Positions 19,642-27,850 of a stretch of DNA of 64,000 bases are shown piece by piece. The stretch is from positions 26,250-90,249 of the IMG/VR virus record IMGVR_UViG_3300027852_000031; one strand, written 5' to 3'. The number at the start of each line of letters is the position of its first letter. The first letter of the stretch is position 1. The DNA comes from a virus. The notes beneath the pieces are model-generated. The model worked only from the letters and a program-made list of their open reading frames with translations. It searched no databases and was not told where the DNA came from. Made by a program: the position numbers and the translations under genes.

Positions 19642-20577
19642 ATGTGTGCATTAAATTTCAAGGGTGTTAACAATGGCGGATTCGGTGGTTATGAACTAAC
19701 CGATCAATTACTGTACAACTTAAAATGGTTTCTAGATTCGGGTTTTGCAAGTAATGGTGCATACAATATTTACGAATATGACTCAGATAGTTGGTATAGC
19801 GATGATGAATCGAAATTACAGTTGGCGCAAGACGAAAGATATGAGGACGGGAAGGTATGGGAGGGTGCTGGTCGTGAATGGGTTTGGGAGAGTGGCATAT
19901 CTCTCGGTAGTGGTACGGCAGATCCTTTTAGGGTGTCTGGGGTTTATATTGATGGCACATTTTACCCAAACAGTGATACCGGCATTAATAGGCATCATGT
20001 TGATTATTTAAATGGTCGCATAATATTCGATGAGCCCAAAAGTTCAGAAGACGATATTCGCGCTGAATATGCCAGACGATCTATACACGTAGGGTTTGCA
20101 GATAGTAACGATTTCGGGTTGCTGATGAGATATGCGCTAGAAGATTTTTTGACCGAAGTTTTACCGTCTAGCACAGCTGTCCGGGAACACCAATTATGGC
20201 TTCCTAGTGTTTTTATTGAGGTTGGGAATGGAAAGCAAAGGGGTTTACAGCTTGGTGGTGGACAAATAAAAACAAGATATATCACTTTTCATATTTTCGC
20301 CGACAACCCAAATGATAGAAATTTGATTATGGATTGGATAGATTATCAAAGTCGTACTGTATTTTGGATGGCAGATCTTAATCAGATTACTTTTCCATTC
20401 GATCAATATGGTGACATTGTTGATGGAGTTACGAATTGGCGACAAATGACTATTGATAATCCATGGAAAAAATTGAGATCTACTAATAGCGTGTCTTCTA
20501 CGATTAATTCTTTGAATTCTAAATTATTTAGAGCCAGAGTCGTCTGGGAAATAGAAATTGATTTTGGAAATATTTAG
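19642..20577 (+). CDS. Putative tail terminator/completion protein
   Basis: Directly before tail tube; C-terminal LPSVFIEV...ITFHIFAD...DRNLIMDWI resembles tail-terminator folds. Confidence 0.5.
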   Translation: MCALNFKGVNNGGFGGYELTDQLLYNLKWFLDSGFASNGAYNIYEYDSDSWYSDDESKLQLAQDERYEDGKVWEGAGREWVWESGISLGSGTADPFRVSGVYIDGTFYPNSDTGINRHHVDYLNGRIIFDEPKSSEDDIRAEYARRSIHVGFADSNDFGLLMRYALEDFLTEVLPSSTAVREHQLWLPSVFIEVGNGKQRGLQLGGGQIKTRYITFHIFADNPNDRNLIMDWIDYQSRTVFWMADLNQITFPFDQYGDIVDGVTNWRQMTIDNPWKKLRSTNSVSSTINSLNSKLFRARVVWEIEIDFGNI

Positions 20578-20598
20578 CTTGCATTGCGTAAAATAGTT

Positions 20599-20606
20599 GT
20601 GTATAA
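20599..20606 (+). promoter_or_regulatory. GTGTATAA putative late promoter
   Basis: Motif in the gap after 19642..20577. Confidence 0.55.
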
Positions 20607-21014
20607 TTTAGTATTTATTCTAACAGAATAGTTGAACGACTTGCTGAATACGGGATTGTTCAACGGAAAAGCAAAATTGCTGTTGTGCCAGAATGTTTGA
20701 AATATGACAGGCATTTTTGGAGGGGTATGATCGATGGGGATGGATGGGTTGGTAATCAAATGTCGGGTATATGTGGGACGCAAGATATAGTTCTTGGTTT
20801 TATGAATTTCATATCGAATAAAGCGTGGTATGTCGATGGGATGAACAATGTGCAATTAATTCAGGATAAGCGCGGTTGTTCGGAAATAAGATATCAGGGG
20901 CAATATGTGAGACAACTGTTGCAGTTGTTATATTCTAATTGTCTGGTAAGCTTAGATAGAAAACACGCTGTCTCAATGGTGTATAAACATACTGGACAGA
21001 GTTCGGATAGTTGA
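20607..21014 (+). pseudogene. N-terminally truncated LAGLIDADG endonuclease
   Basis: Frame open from 20607: IYSNRIVERLAEYGIVQRKSKIAVVPECLKYDRHFWRGMIDGDG; only the second LAGLIDADG motif is present, with no start codon at the 5' edge. Confidence 0.7.
20979..20986 (+). promoter_or_regulatory. GTGTATAA putative late promoter for tail tube
   Basis: Motif ~50 nt upstream of the tail tube start, inside the endonuclease remnant. Confidence 0.55.
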
Positions 21015-21034
21015 ACTTATTGAAAGGAGATTGA

Positions 21035-22165
21035 TTGGCTATGAGTAATAACTCGCGTATTTTCTACGCCATACAGGCACTTGGGTTCGCAGAGCACGAT
21101 GTTACATGCGACACCAGCGGCTGTGCGGCTCAGTTTGGTGTTTTGGGTTCTGGGTCACACCCTTCTGGATTCAGAACAGCGCATGGTGTTCAAAGTGTCG
21201 GAATTAATACCACGTTCAATTTGGAACAGGTATTCGAGCTTGGTCAATTAGAGTTATACGAGAACATTGAAGGTATTCCCGACATTGAGCTTACGTCGCA
21301 GAAAGTGCTGGATGGATATCCTCTTTTATATCATCTAGCGACACCAAGTGCTACTTCTGCAACTTTGGTTGGTAGATCTAACGAACGATGCTTCGCGGCA
21401 CTTAACATCTATTCAGACACATTCGATAATGCATCGGGAACACCACTTCGATCTGTTGGTATGTCCGGTATGTATGTGTCCACCCTTACGTATACAATGA
21501 ATGTTGAAGGTAACTCCACGGAGGATATAACATTGGTTGGCAACAACAAGGAATGGGTTGCAAGTGGTTTGACACACTTTGTTCCAACTGTTTTCGATGG
21601 CTCAGATGAGCCCTTGTCGTTGGCATCATCCGGAGGCGTTGCCCGCAGAGAGAATATCCTTATGGGATCTGGATGTTCCATGGGATCGGACGGAACCATA
21701 ACCGGAGTTAGTGGTAGTATCTGGCCGGTAGAAATAGATGGTATTGACGCTAACGGTCATAACCTTGTCGACGGAGACGCATACGCCGCTCACCTTCAGA
21801 CTGTCACGATATCGGTAGATCTTGGTCGTGAGGAACTGTTCGAGCTTGGTCGTCGCGGACCATATCATAGGTTTGTATCTTTCCCAATTGAGGTAACGTG
21901 CGGTATTGAGACTACGACATCGGAGGGTGACCTTATTGATGCCCTAGCCGACCCCGTTGGTGGGACTAACCTAACTGACCAAAAAATCTTCGTATGGGTT
22001 GAGGAAGGAACAAGAATAAACCTTGGGGCAAAGAATAAGCTTGCGTCCGTTACCTACGGCGGTGGAGATGCTGGGGGTGGAAACGCCGCAGTAACGTACA
22101 ACTATTCGAATTTCAATTCCTTAAAGGCGACTCACGTAGAAGATCCGGCAGGTCTTGCTACTTAA
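21035..22165 (+). CDS. Major tail (tube) protein
   Basis: 376 aa, AGGAG RBS, followed by a strong terminator; internal duplicated pattern (LEQVFELGQ / GREELFELGRRGPY) seen in tail tubes of large phages. Confidence 0.7.
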   Translation: MAMSNNSRIFYAIQALGFAEHDVTCDTSGCAAQFGVLGSGSHPSGFRTAHGVQSVGINTTFNLEQVFELGQLELYENIEGIPDIELTSQKVLDGYPLLYHLATPSATSATLVGRSNERCFAALNIYSDTFDNASGTPLRSVGMSGMYVSTLTYTMNVEGNSTEDITLVGNNKEWVASGLTHFVPTVFDGSDEPLSLASSGGVARRENILMGSGCSMGSDGTITGVSGSIWPVEIDGIDANGHNLVDGDAYAAHLQTVTISVDLGREELFELGRRGPYHRFVSFPIEVTCGIETTTSEGDLIDALADPVGGTNLTDQKIFVWVEEGTRINLGAKNKLASVTYGGGDAGGGNAAVTYNYSNFNSLKATHVEDPAGLAT

Positions 22166-22190
22166 TATTGATTAATGTAAAAATCTATGG

Positions 22191-22223
22191 ATCGGGATGG
22201 TTTTCGGACCATCCCGATTTTTT
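22191..22223 (+). terminator. Rho-independent terminator after tail tube
   Basis: ATCGGGATGGT-tttcgg-ACCATCCCGAT followed by T5. Confidence 0.88.
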
Positions 22224-22277
22224 ATTCTATCGAAACAACTATACTGGTTAATAGTATAATAAGCTGGAGGCAATAAT

Positions 22278-23066
22278 ATGGCAACAGATCCTGAAACATT
22301 GAAATATCGTAGTGAGCACAACTTGTGTCACAGAGACGGACGACCAAATGTTCCTGGTCGGAAATTATGCGAACACTGTCTGACTAACTCTAATGCTAGG
22401 TCAAGAAAATACAAACAGCGAAAGATGGATGCTAATTTATGTATAAATTGTGGAGCAAAAACACCCGAGTTGGGATCTAGATTATGTGAGGAATGTTGTG
22501 CAAAGCAGTCGGTTAATTGTCACAATGCATATATTAAGCGATACGCAAATAGAAAATCTACCAAGACTTGTGTTGACTGCGGCAATGCTGCTGAAGACCA
22601 GAAGACCATGTGCTCAATATGCTTAACCAAAAGGAGTATGAGGCAAGCAAATTATAAAAACCAGCGAGAATTGCTTGGATTATGTACTCAATGTGGGCAC
22701 AATAGACCAAAAGGAAAAGGGAAGAGATGTTCAGAGTGTATCGAAAAACGTAATAAATGGTATCAGGGTTCAACAACTCAACAAAAAGACAAGGCTCGCC
22801 GAGATAGCCACAGAATGGTCGTGTTAGAACACTATGGCGGGGTATGTATTTGTTGTGGCGAATCAGAGCAGTGTTTTCTGGCGATAGATCATATAGAAGA
22901 CGGAACAGGTAATGCTCACCGAAAAGAGATTAACAAATGGGGATCTGGTTTTAATAAATGGCTAGTAGACAACAATTTCCCAGATGGTTTCCGGGTATTG
23001 TGTCACAACTGTAATCATGGTAGACATCTGAACGGGGGAATCTGCCCACATGAAGAACGAAAATAA
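22278..23066 (+). CDS. Cys-rich HNH endonuclease
   Basis: Nine CxxC pairs; C-terminal YGGVCICCGE...LAIDHI...FRVLCHNCN HNH motif. Confidence 0.78.
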   Translation: MATDPETLKYRSEHNLCHRDGRPNVPGRKLCEHCLTNSNARSRKYKQRKMDANLCINCGAKTPELGSRLCEECCAKQSVNCHNAYIKRYANRKSTKTCVDCGNAAEDQKTMCSICLTKRSMRQANYKNQRELLGLCTQCGHNRPKGKGKRCSECIEKRNKWYQGSTTQQKDKARRDSHRMVVLEHYGGVCICCGESEQCFLAIDHIEDGTGNAHRKEINKWGSGFNKWLVDNNFPDGFRVLCHNCNHGRHLNGGICPHEERK

Positions 23067-23286
23067 CACAACGGCTTTCGAAGATAATGAGATTGTTGTT
23101 ACATATCAAGATACACCAGAATTAAGACAACGTGTTTTTGAAAAGGTGTTGGATTGGTTCAAATACAAACAATTTTTTAGCGGCGAATCAGTTATGCAGT
23201 GTGATCCCAGATTTGAATCTGGTCATGATTTACTCTGTGATATAGTCGACGATATTTTCCAATTTGATGTTCAGAATAAAGAATAA
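23050..23286 (+). CDS. Hypothetical protein
   Basis: 78-aa ORF overlapping the previous stop. Confidence 0.6.
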   Translation: MKNENNTTAFEDNEIVVTYQDTPELRQRVFEKVLDWFKYKQFFSGESVMQCDPRFESGHDLLCDIVDDIFQFDVQNKE

Positions 23287-23312
23287 TTATTTGAAACAAA
23301 ATGGATGAATGT

Positions 23313-23321
23313 GTGTATAAT
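23313..23321 (+). promoter_or_regulatory. GTGTATAAT promoter for candidate small RNA
   Basis: TATAAT at 23316-23321, 7 nt before the GC-rich segment that starts GGA at 23328. Confidence 0.65.
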
Positions 23322-23327
23322 ATAAAT

Positions 23328-23425
23328 GGACGGTGTGGTGAGCAGGCGTCAAAGTCAAGTCACGTCATCCTTGCGCGTCGTTCGCTACCTTAGTGACCGG
23401 GGGTCTATTCGACCCCCGCTTTTTT
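23328..23425 (+). ncRNA. Candidate small RNA or riboswitch-like leader
   Basis: GC-rich and non-coding; stem GTGGTGAGC/GTTCGCTAC; four GTCA repeats in its loop; terminator CGGGGGTC-tattc-GACCCCCG followed by T6. Confidence 0.6.
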
Positions 23426-23469
23426 GTTCACGATGAACAGATGTAAAGTATTTAATCTGGAGTATTTAT

Positions 23470-23778
23470 GTGCGATGGTATGTATTGTTACCATTGGTTG
23501 TTTTGGTCATATCATTGGGGGATCTTTATGCCACCTTATATTGTAATAAACATTTCGTAAAATTCGAAGAAGCAAACCCGATAGCTAAATATGTCTGGGA
23601 TCGCCACGGCGATTCCGGAATAGTTGTTTTTAAGGTTGCCATCACTTTGGTGTCGTGCGCTTGTATGTGGTGGGTGCTTAGGTATAAGAACAAACGGTGG
23701 ATGATTGCTATATGCATATTTATTCAGATATCTTGCCTACTCCTTGTCGGATGGTGGATTTTGTGGTTTTTAAGTTGA
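23470..23778 (+). CDS. Small membrane protein (DUF5658-like)
   Basis: Three hydrophobic segments; DLYATLY...EEANPIAKYV matches the D..T...E.NP pattern of that family. Confidence 0.6.
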   Translation: MRWYVLLPLVVLVISLGDLYATLYCNKHFVKFEEANPIAKYVWDRHGDSGIVVFKVAITLVSCACMWWVLRYKNKRWMIAICIFIQISCLLLVGWWILWFLS

Positions 23779-23853
23779 ACAACGGGTGGTCATGATTGTA
23801 TAATAAGATTGACAGCAGATAAGATGTTGTTACTATTTTAAGCGAGGGAAAAG

Positions 23854-24060
23854 GTGGCTATTTTACATATACCGAAACCAGGAGATAAAATTGTAATTAC
23901 TGATCCGTATTTGGCGTCAAAATATACGTGAGCACAAGTGGTGATCGAACGTCCACTTTGCGGCAAATTTTTTGGACCCTATGGTTTCGATATAATATGG
24001 ATAAAACCAGAACTTCATGTGTATATATGGTTAACTCCAGAAAAATATAGGATTATATAA
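23854..24060 (+). pseudogene. Small ORF interrupted by in-frame TGA at 23929-23931
   Basis: GAGGGA RBS, GTG start; MAILHIPKPGDKIVITDPYLASKYT*AQVVIERPL...YRII; final TAA is coupled to the next ATG (TAATG). Confidence 0.5.
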
Positions 24061-24224
24061 TGATTAAATATCTGACAAATGGTAAAGTCCTTGTTGTTGT
24101 CAATAGCAATATAGATATTCCTGGAAAAGAAGGTCTACTTAACTATGCACTTGCTGATTTCGTGATAACAAATGATGGTGTTATAATCAAAAGTAGATAT
24201 ACTGAGCGTACACCTAACGTATAA
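24060..24224 (+). CDS. Hypothetical 54-aa protein
   Basis: MIKYLTNGKVLVVVNSN...DGVIIKSRYTERTPNV; not in ORF track. Confidence 0.55.
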   Translation: MIKYLTNGKVLVVVNSNIDIPGKEGLLNYALADFVITNDGVIIKSRYTERTPNV

Positions 24225-24261
24225 TGTAATTTGTGAATATCTTTATTGTTGTGTCATAAAT

Positions 24262-24861
24262 ATGGGACACTATGAAATGAACAATTTTGACTTACCAAGC
24301 AATCTATTTGATCTAGAAGCAGCAATACAGGCTGCTGGCGTTTTGTTGCGTGAACATATGTCTTGGCAAACTGACTATAAACGATTATTAAAATTGCTTT
24401 ATATTTCGGATAGAGAATGCCTGCGAAGTGGCGGATATATGATTACATGGGATCGTTCTATTTCTACCACATTCGGTCCGGTGCCACAAAAAATTGATGA
24501 ATTAATGATAGGCCAAGCTATTGATATTGTTGATTGGGATAAATTTTTTGAGCGACGTAACACGGAGATAAGACTAAAAGAACACCCAGGGATAGGTAGC
24601 TTATCAAAATTTCAGATCGACATACTACAAGCAGTAGCTAAAAAATTTATCGATTTTAGCGATGGGGAATTGACACAATATTGTATGACCAATTATCGTG
24701 AGTATTATTCTGGTTGTTGTCTCCGACCTATCTTAGTTAGAGATATTTTGTTACAAATTGGATTCTCGTTGTCTAAGGCTAATGATATAATGAGTGAAAT
24801 TGGGTGTCGATCTATGGCAAACAAATTTTTTAGTACTACAGACAAACCGAATAAATCATAA
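24262..24861 (+). CDS. Panacea (SocA/DUF4065) domain antitoxin-like protein
   Basis: KRLLKLLYISDRECL...ITWD...FGPVP matches the Panacea signature (KLLY...GPV). Confidence 0.75.
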   Translation: MGHYEMNNFDLPSNLFDLEAAIQAAGVLLREHMSWQTDYKRLLKLLYISDRECLRSGGYMITWDRSISTTFGPVPQKIDELMIGQAIDIVDWDKFFERRNTEIRLKEHPGIGSLSKFQIDILQAVAKKFIDFSDGELTQYCMTNYREYYSGCCLRPILVRDILLQIGFSLSKANDIMSEIGCRSMANKFFSTTDKPNKS

Positions 24862-24869
24862 ACGGCGAT

Positions 24870-25466
24870 ATGAATATGCACCATAAAATTTTATTTACAG
24901 AATCTGAAATACAGAAACGTATTTCTGAGCTAGCCAAGGAGATAGATTCATATTACCGGTCAGATGATTTGTATAGCACATCGAACCAGCCGTTATTGAT
25001 AGTCAGTATTCTTTCTGGTTCAGTATTCTTCGCTGTAGATTTGGTTCGTCAACTGTCTATTGGTGTAGAACTGGAATTCGTTAAAGTATCAACTTATCCA
25101 GATGGACAGACAATAGCTCAAGATCCAAAGATTGTTGTCCCACTATCCAGGAAAAGGCTACACGATGTCTGCATATTACTTATTGACGACATATTAGACA
25201 CTGGTGTGACTTTAAACGCAATCAAGAATCAGGTAGCGTGGCCGTACAGGGATAATGTAAAGTCTGCTGTGTTATTGAAGAAGAATACGATCAAACCACA
25301 AATTCAGTCTGCAGATTTTGTTGGATTTGAAATACCAGATGTTTTCGTTTATGGATATGGCTTAGATTTAGGTGGACTACAGAGAGAGTTGCCACATATA
25401 GTATCTTGTGATGATTGTGAAATTAAAGATGAGGAGATCGGAGTAGAATGGACACAAAAAAGATAA
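24870..25466 (+). CDS. hpt: Hypoxanthine-guanine phosphoribosyltransferase
   Basis: ILFTESEIQKRISELAKEI, ILSGSVFFAVDL, PRPP loop LLIDDILDTGVTL, VGFEIPDVFVYGYGLD. Confidence 0.92.
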   Translation: MNMHHKILFTESEIQKRISELAKEIDSYYRSDDLYSTSNQPLLIVSILSGSVFFAVDLVRQLSIGVELEFVKVSTYPDGQTIAQDPKIVVPLSRKRLHDVCILLIDDILDTGVTLNAIKNQVAWPYRDNVKSAVLLKKNTIKPQIQSADFVGFEIPDVFVYGYGLDLGGLQRELPHIVSCDDCEIKDEEIGVEWTQKR

Positions 25467-25705
25467 AACAACAATTGGCCCAGATTAAAAATGCCACTGG
25501 TACGAAACATGTTAAAACTCTAATTTTTGAATTGTGCTCTGTTGTGGATAAACTGATTATAGAAGTTGATAGAATCCAAAATCCTCCGACTGTCGTATTG
25601 CGTAGTCAACCCAACGATGTAGAAGCTAACATTCCTGGATTTATGCCAGTTGTGTCGTCGAAAGATGGGTGTAGTCCAGGAACCAATAATGATGAGGCAA
25701 AATAA
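25448..25705 (+). CDS. Hypothetical protein
   Basis: 85-aa ORF coupled to its neighbours. Confidence 0.55.
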   Translation: MDTKKIKQQLAQIKNATGTKHVKTLIFELCSVVDKLIIEVDRIQNPPTVVLRSQPNDVEANIPGFMPVVSSKDGCSPGTNNDEAK

Positions 25706-26697
25706 TGTTTGATATTAAGTCACATACCTGCGATGTTGTATCGGTTAGGCTTGAGACGCATCCAAATGCCGATTCTTTGAGCCTAGTCATGATAGGCGAT
25801 TTCCAATGTGTTGTTAGAACAGCTGATTGGAATGATGGAGATTTAGGAATTTACATTCCGCCAGACAGCATAGTTCCGGATAATGACACCTTTGCATTCC
25901 TCGGTAGACACAGGAGAATTAAAGCCAGAAAGCTTAGGGGCGAATGGTCTGTTGGGTTATTGATTCCAGCACCATCAGGAGCCAAGATTGGTGATGATTA
26001 TATGGAACCACTTGGTGTTGTTCATTATGACCCAGAAGTCAAGGGTCGATTTACAACTGGCGGCGACAACATACGGTTACCAAAACCTCCAAAAGAAACA
26101 TCACAGAGTGGTATTTATATGCCCGTATATGATGTCATGAATTTTCGTAAGTATTCGCGATTGTTTGATGAGGGGGAAGAAGTTGCTGTCACCGAAAAAA
26201 TCCACGGGGTAAATGCTAGGTTTGTTTGTATCGACGATCAAATGTATTGTGGATCTAGACGATATTGGAAAAAAGAAGACAAGAATAGCTTATGGTGGAA
26301 AGCTCTGAACAATTCAGATGCCGTAAAAGCATGGTTGAGACACAATCAAGATACAGTATTGTATGGAGAGGTGTTTGGTGCTGTACAAAGTTTAAAATAC
26401 GGTGCCGCCAATGGCGAAATTTTCTTAGCTATTTTTGATATTATGCAGAATGGTGAATGGGTTGATTACGACAGCGCCAGAGCATTCGGAGCTGCGCTGC
26501 CGTGGGTACCACGGGTATATCGTGGTCCGTATGACAAAGATAAGATTCTTGAATTAGCCGAAGGCGATAGTATTTGGCCGGGTGCCAACCATCATGCAGA
26601 GGGAGTTGTGGTAAAACCAATAACTGAGAGAACAGATCCGAAGATTGGTCGTGTCCAATTAAAGGTGGTAAGTAACCGATATTTGAGTAAAAGCTAA
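25705..26697 (+). CDS. ATP-dependent RNA ligase (DRB0094-like) with N-terminal tRNA-binding-type OB domain
   Basis: Motif I TEKIHG, YGEVFG, EGVVVKP, LKVVSNRYL; N-terminal HPNADSL...KLRGEWSVGLL resembles the PheT/Trbp111 OB fold. Confidence 0.88.
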   Translation: MFDIKSHTCDVVSVRLETHPNADSLSLVMIGDFQCVVRTADWNDGDLGIYIPPDSIVPDNDTFAFLGRHRRIKARKLRGEWSVGLLIPAPSGAKIGDDYMEPLGVVHYDPEVKGRFTTGGDNIRLPKPPKETSQSGIYMPVYDVMNFRKYSRLFDEGEEVAVTEKIHGVNARFVCIDDQMYCGSRRYWKKEDKNSLWWKALNNSDAVKAWLRHNQDTVLYGEVFGAVQSLKYGAANGEIFLAIFDIMQNGEWVDYDSARAFGAALPWVPRVYRGPYDKDKILELAEGDSIWPGANHHAEGVVVKPITERTDPKIGRVQLKVVSNRYLSKS

Positions 26698-26927
26698 TGG
26701 GAAAAATTTATCGAATTATCAGATGGATTATGTGTTTTTTCGGCAAACATGAATATTGGTGTCGTGCACGTATAGGTGTATTCCGGGCAGAAGATCAATG
26801 TATCAATTGTGGCAAAACAGTTTTATACTATTCGCCAGAATATCTTATCAAATATAGACACGATGTTTATTGGTATGAGAGCCCAATTGTCAGAAAACAC
26901 CAAGTAGAAAGGGTTAATGATGCTTAA
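26697..26927 (+). CDS. Small Cys/His protein (DUF1660-like)
   Basis: MCFFGKHEYW...CINCG pattern. Confidence 0.5.
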   Translation: MGKIYRIIRWIMCFFGKHEYWCRARIGVFRAEDQCINCGKTVLYYSPEYLIKYRHDVYWYESPIVRKHQVERVNDA

Positions 26928-27384
26928 TTTTACGTCCGGCAATATGTTTGAAATTGATGCTGATATTTTGATTAATACTGTTAACTGTGTCGGCGTGATG
27001 GGTTGTGGTGTTGCGTTAGCATTCAAGAATAAATATCCAGAAATGTTTCAATCTTATAGGCGTATATGTAAGAGAAAAACCAATACATTGTTGCCAGGAA
27101 TGATTCATGAATATAAAACACAAGATGACAAAACTGTTCTTAACTTTGCCACAAAAAATCATTGGAAGAATCCATCCGAATATTCATACGTCGAATCTGG
27201 TTTGAAAAGATTACAATCTTGGCTATCTGGATGTAAATCTGGCACAACCGTTGCGCTGCCAGCACTCGGATGTGGCCATGGTGGTCTCGATTGGTCGATT
27301 GTCCGACAAATGATCGAGCAATATCTTGGCGATTTAGACAATGTCCAAATTTACGTATTTCAACCACAGGATTCTAGGAGATAA
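26917..27384 (+). CDS. Macrodomain ADP-ribosylhydrolase, DarG-like
   Basis: NTVNCVGVMGCGVA, NFATKNHWKNPS, ALPALGCGHGGLDW. Confidence 0.88.
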   Translation: MMLNFTSGNMFEIDADILINTVNCVGVMGCGVALAFKNKYPEMFQSYRRICKRKTNTLLPGMIHEYKTQDDKTVLNFATKNHWKNPSEYSYVESGLKRLQSWLSGCKSGTTVALPALGCGHGGLDWSIVRQMIEQYLGDLDNVQIYVFQPQDSRR

Positions 27385-27386
27385 AA

Positions 27387-27686
27387 ATGCCATATATACC
27401 GAAGGAAAACAGAGAACACTACGACGAATTAATCGAATCGTTGGCAAAACATTTAGCAGAAGTTCGATTGCGTGGTGGGAATAGTGCCATAGCAGGCGAA
27501 CTCAACTACATTATTTATCGTCTGACTTATATTCTATGTCACCATTCTCCCGGAACCAGTATTGGTTATGCCGGAATAGCAACTATTCTATCTGCAATGA
27601 ATGAAGCCCAAAGCGAATTGCGTCGTCGAGTTTTAGTACCATACGAAGATAACAAAATACTGCAGAACGGTGATGTATCTATATAG
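27387..27686 (+). CDS. Conserved phage protein of unknown function
   Basis: MPYI...GELNYII...ELRRRVLVPYEDNKILQNGDV pattern recurrent in phage genomes. Confidence 0.7.
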   Translation: MPYIPKENREHYDELIESLAKHLAEVRLRGGNSAIAGELNYIIYRLTYILCHHSPGTSIGYAGIATILSAMNEAQSELRRRVLVPYEDNKILQNGDVSI

Positions 27687-27850
27687 CCAATAAATTCAAG
27701 GTTGGTCAAATTTGGTACGGTAGAAATATAAAAATTCGTATATTACATGTCGGTGTAGGTATTTTGACAGTTGAGAGACTCGATTTAGGACAGCCGACGA
27801 TAAAATTGATGTGGTGTATAGATAGTATGAAGGGGATGTCTTTATCATAG
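27683..27850 (+). CDS. 55-codon ORF with apparent non-canonical ATA start
   Basis: (I/M)ANKFKVGQIWYGRNIKIRILHVG...; no upstream ATG/GTG/TTG in frame; GGTGA 9 nt upstream; overlaps the previous TAG. Confidence 0.45.
   Translation: MANKFKVGQIWYGRNIKIRILHVGVGILTVERLDLGQPTIKLMWCIDSMKGMSLS

Noticed and set aside
19642-22165. Contractile tail sheath gene
   Set aside because: No sheath-sized or sheath-like gene near the tube gene in this window.
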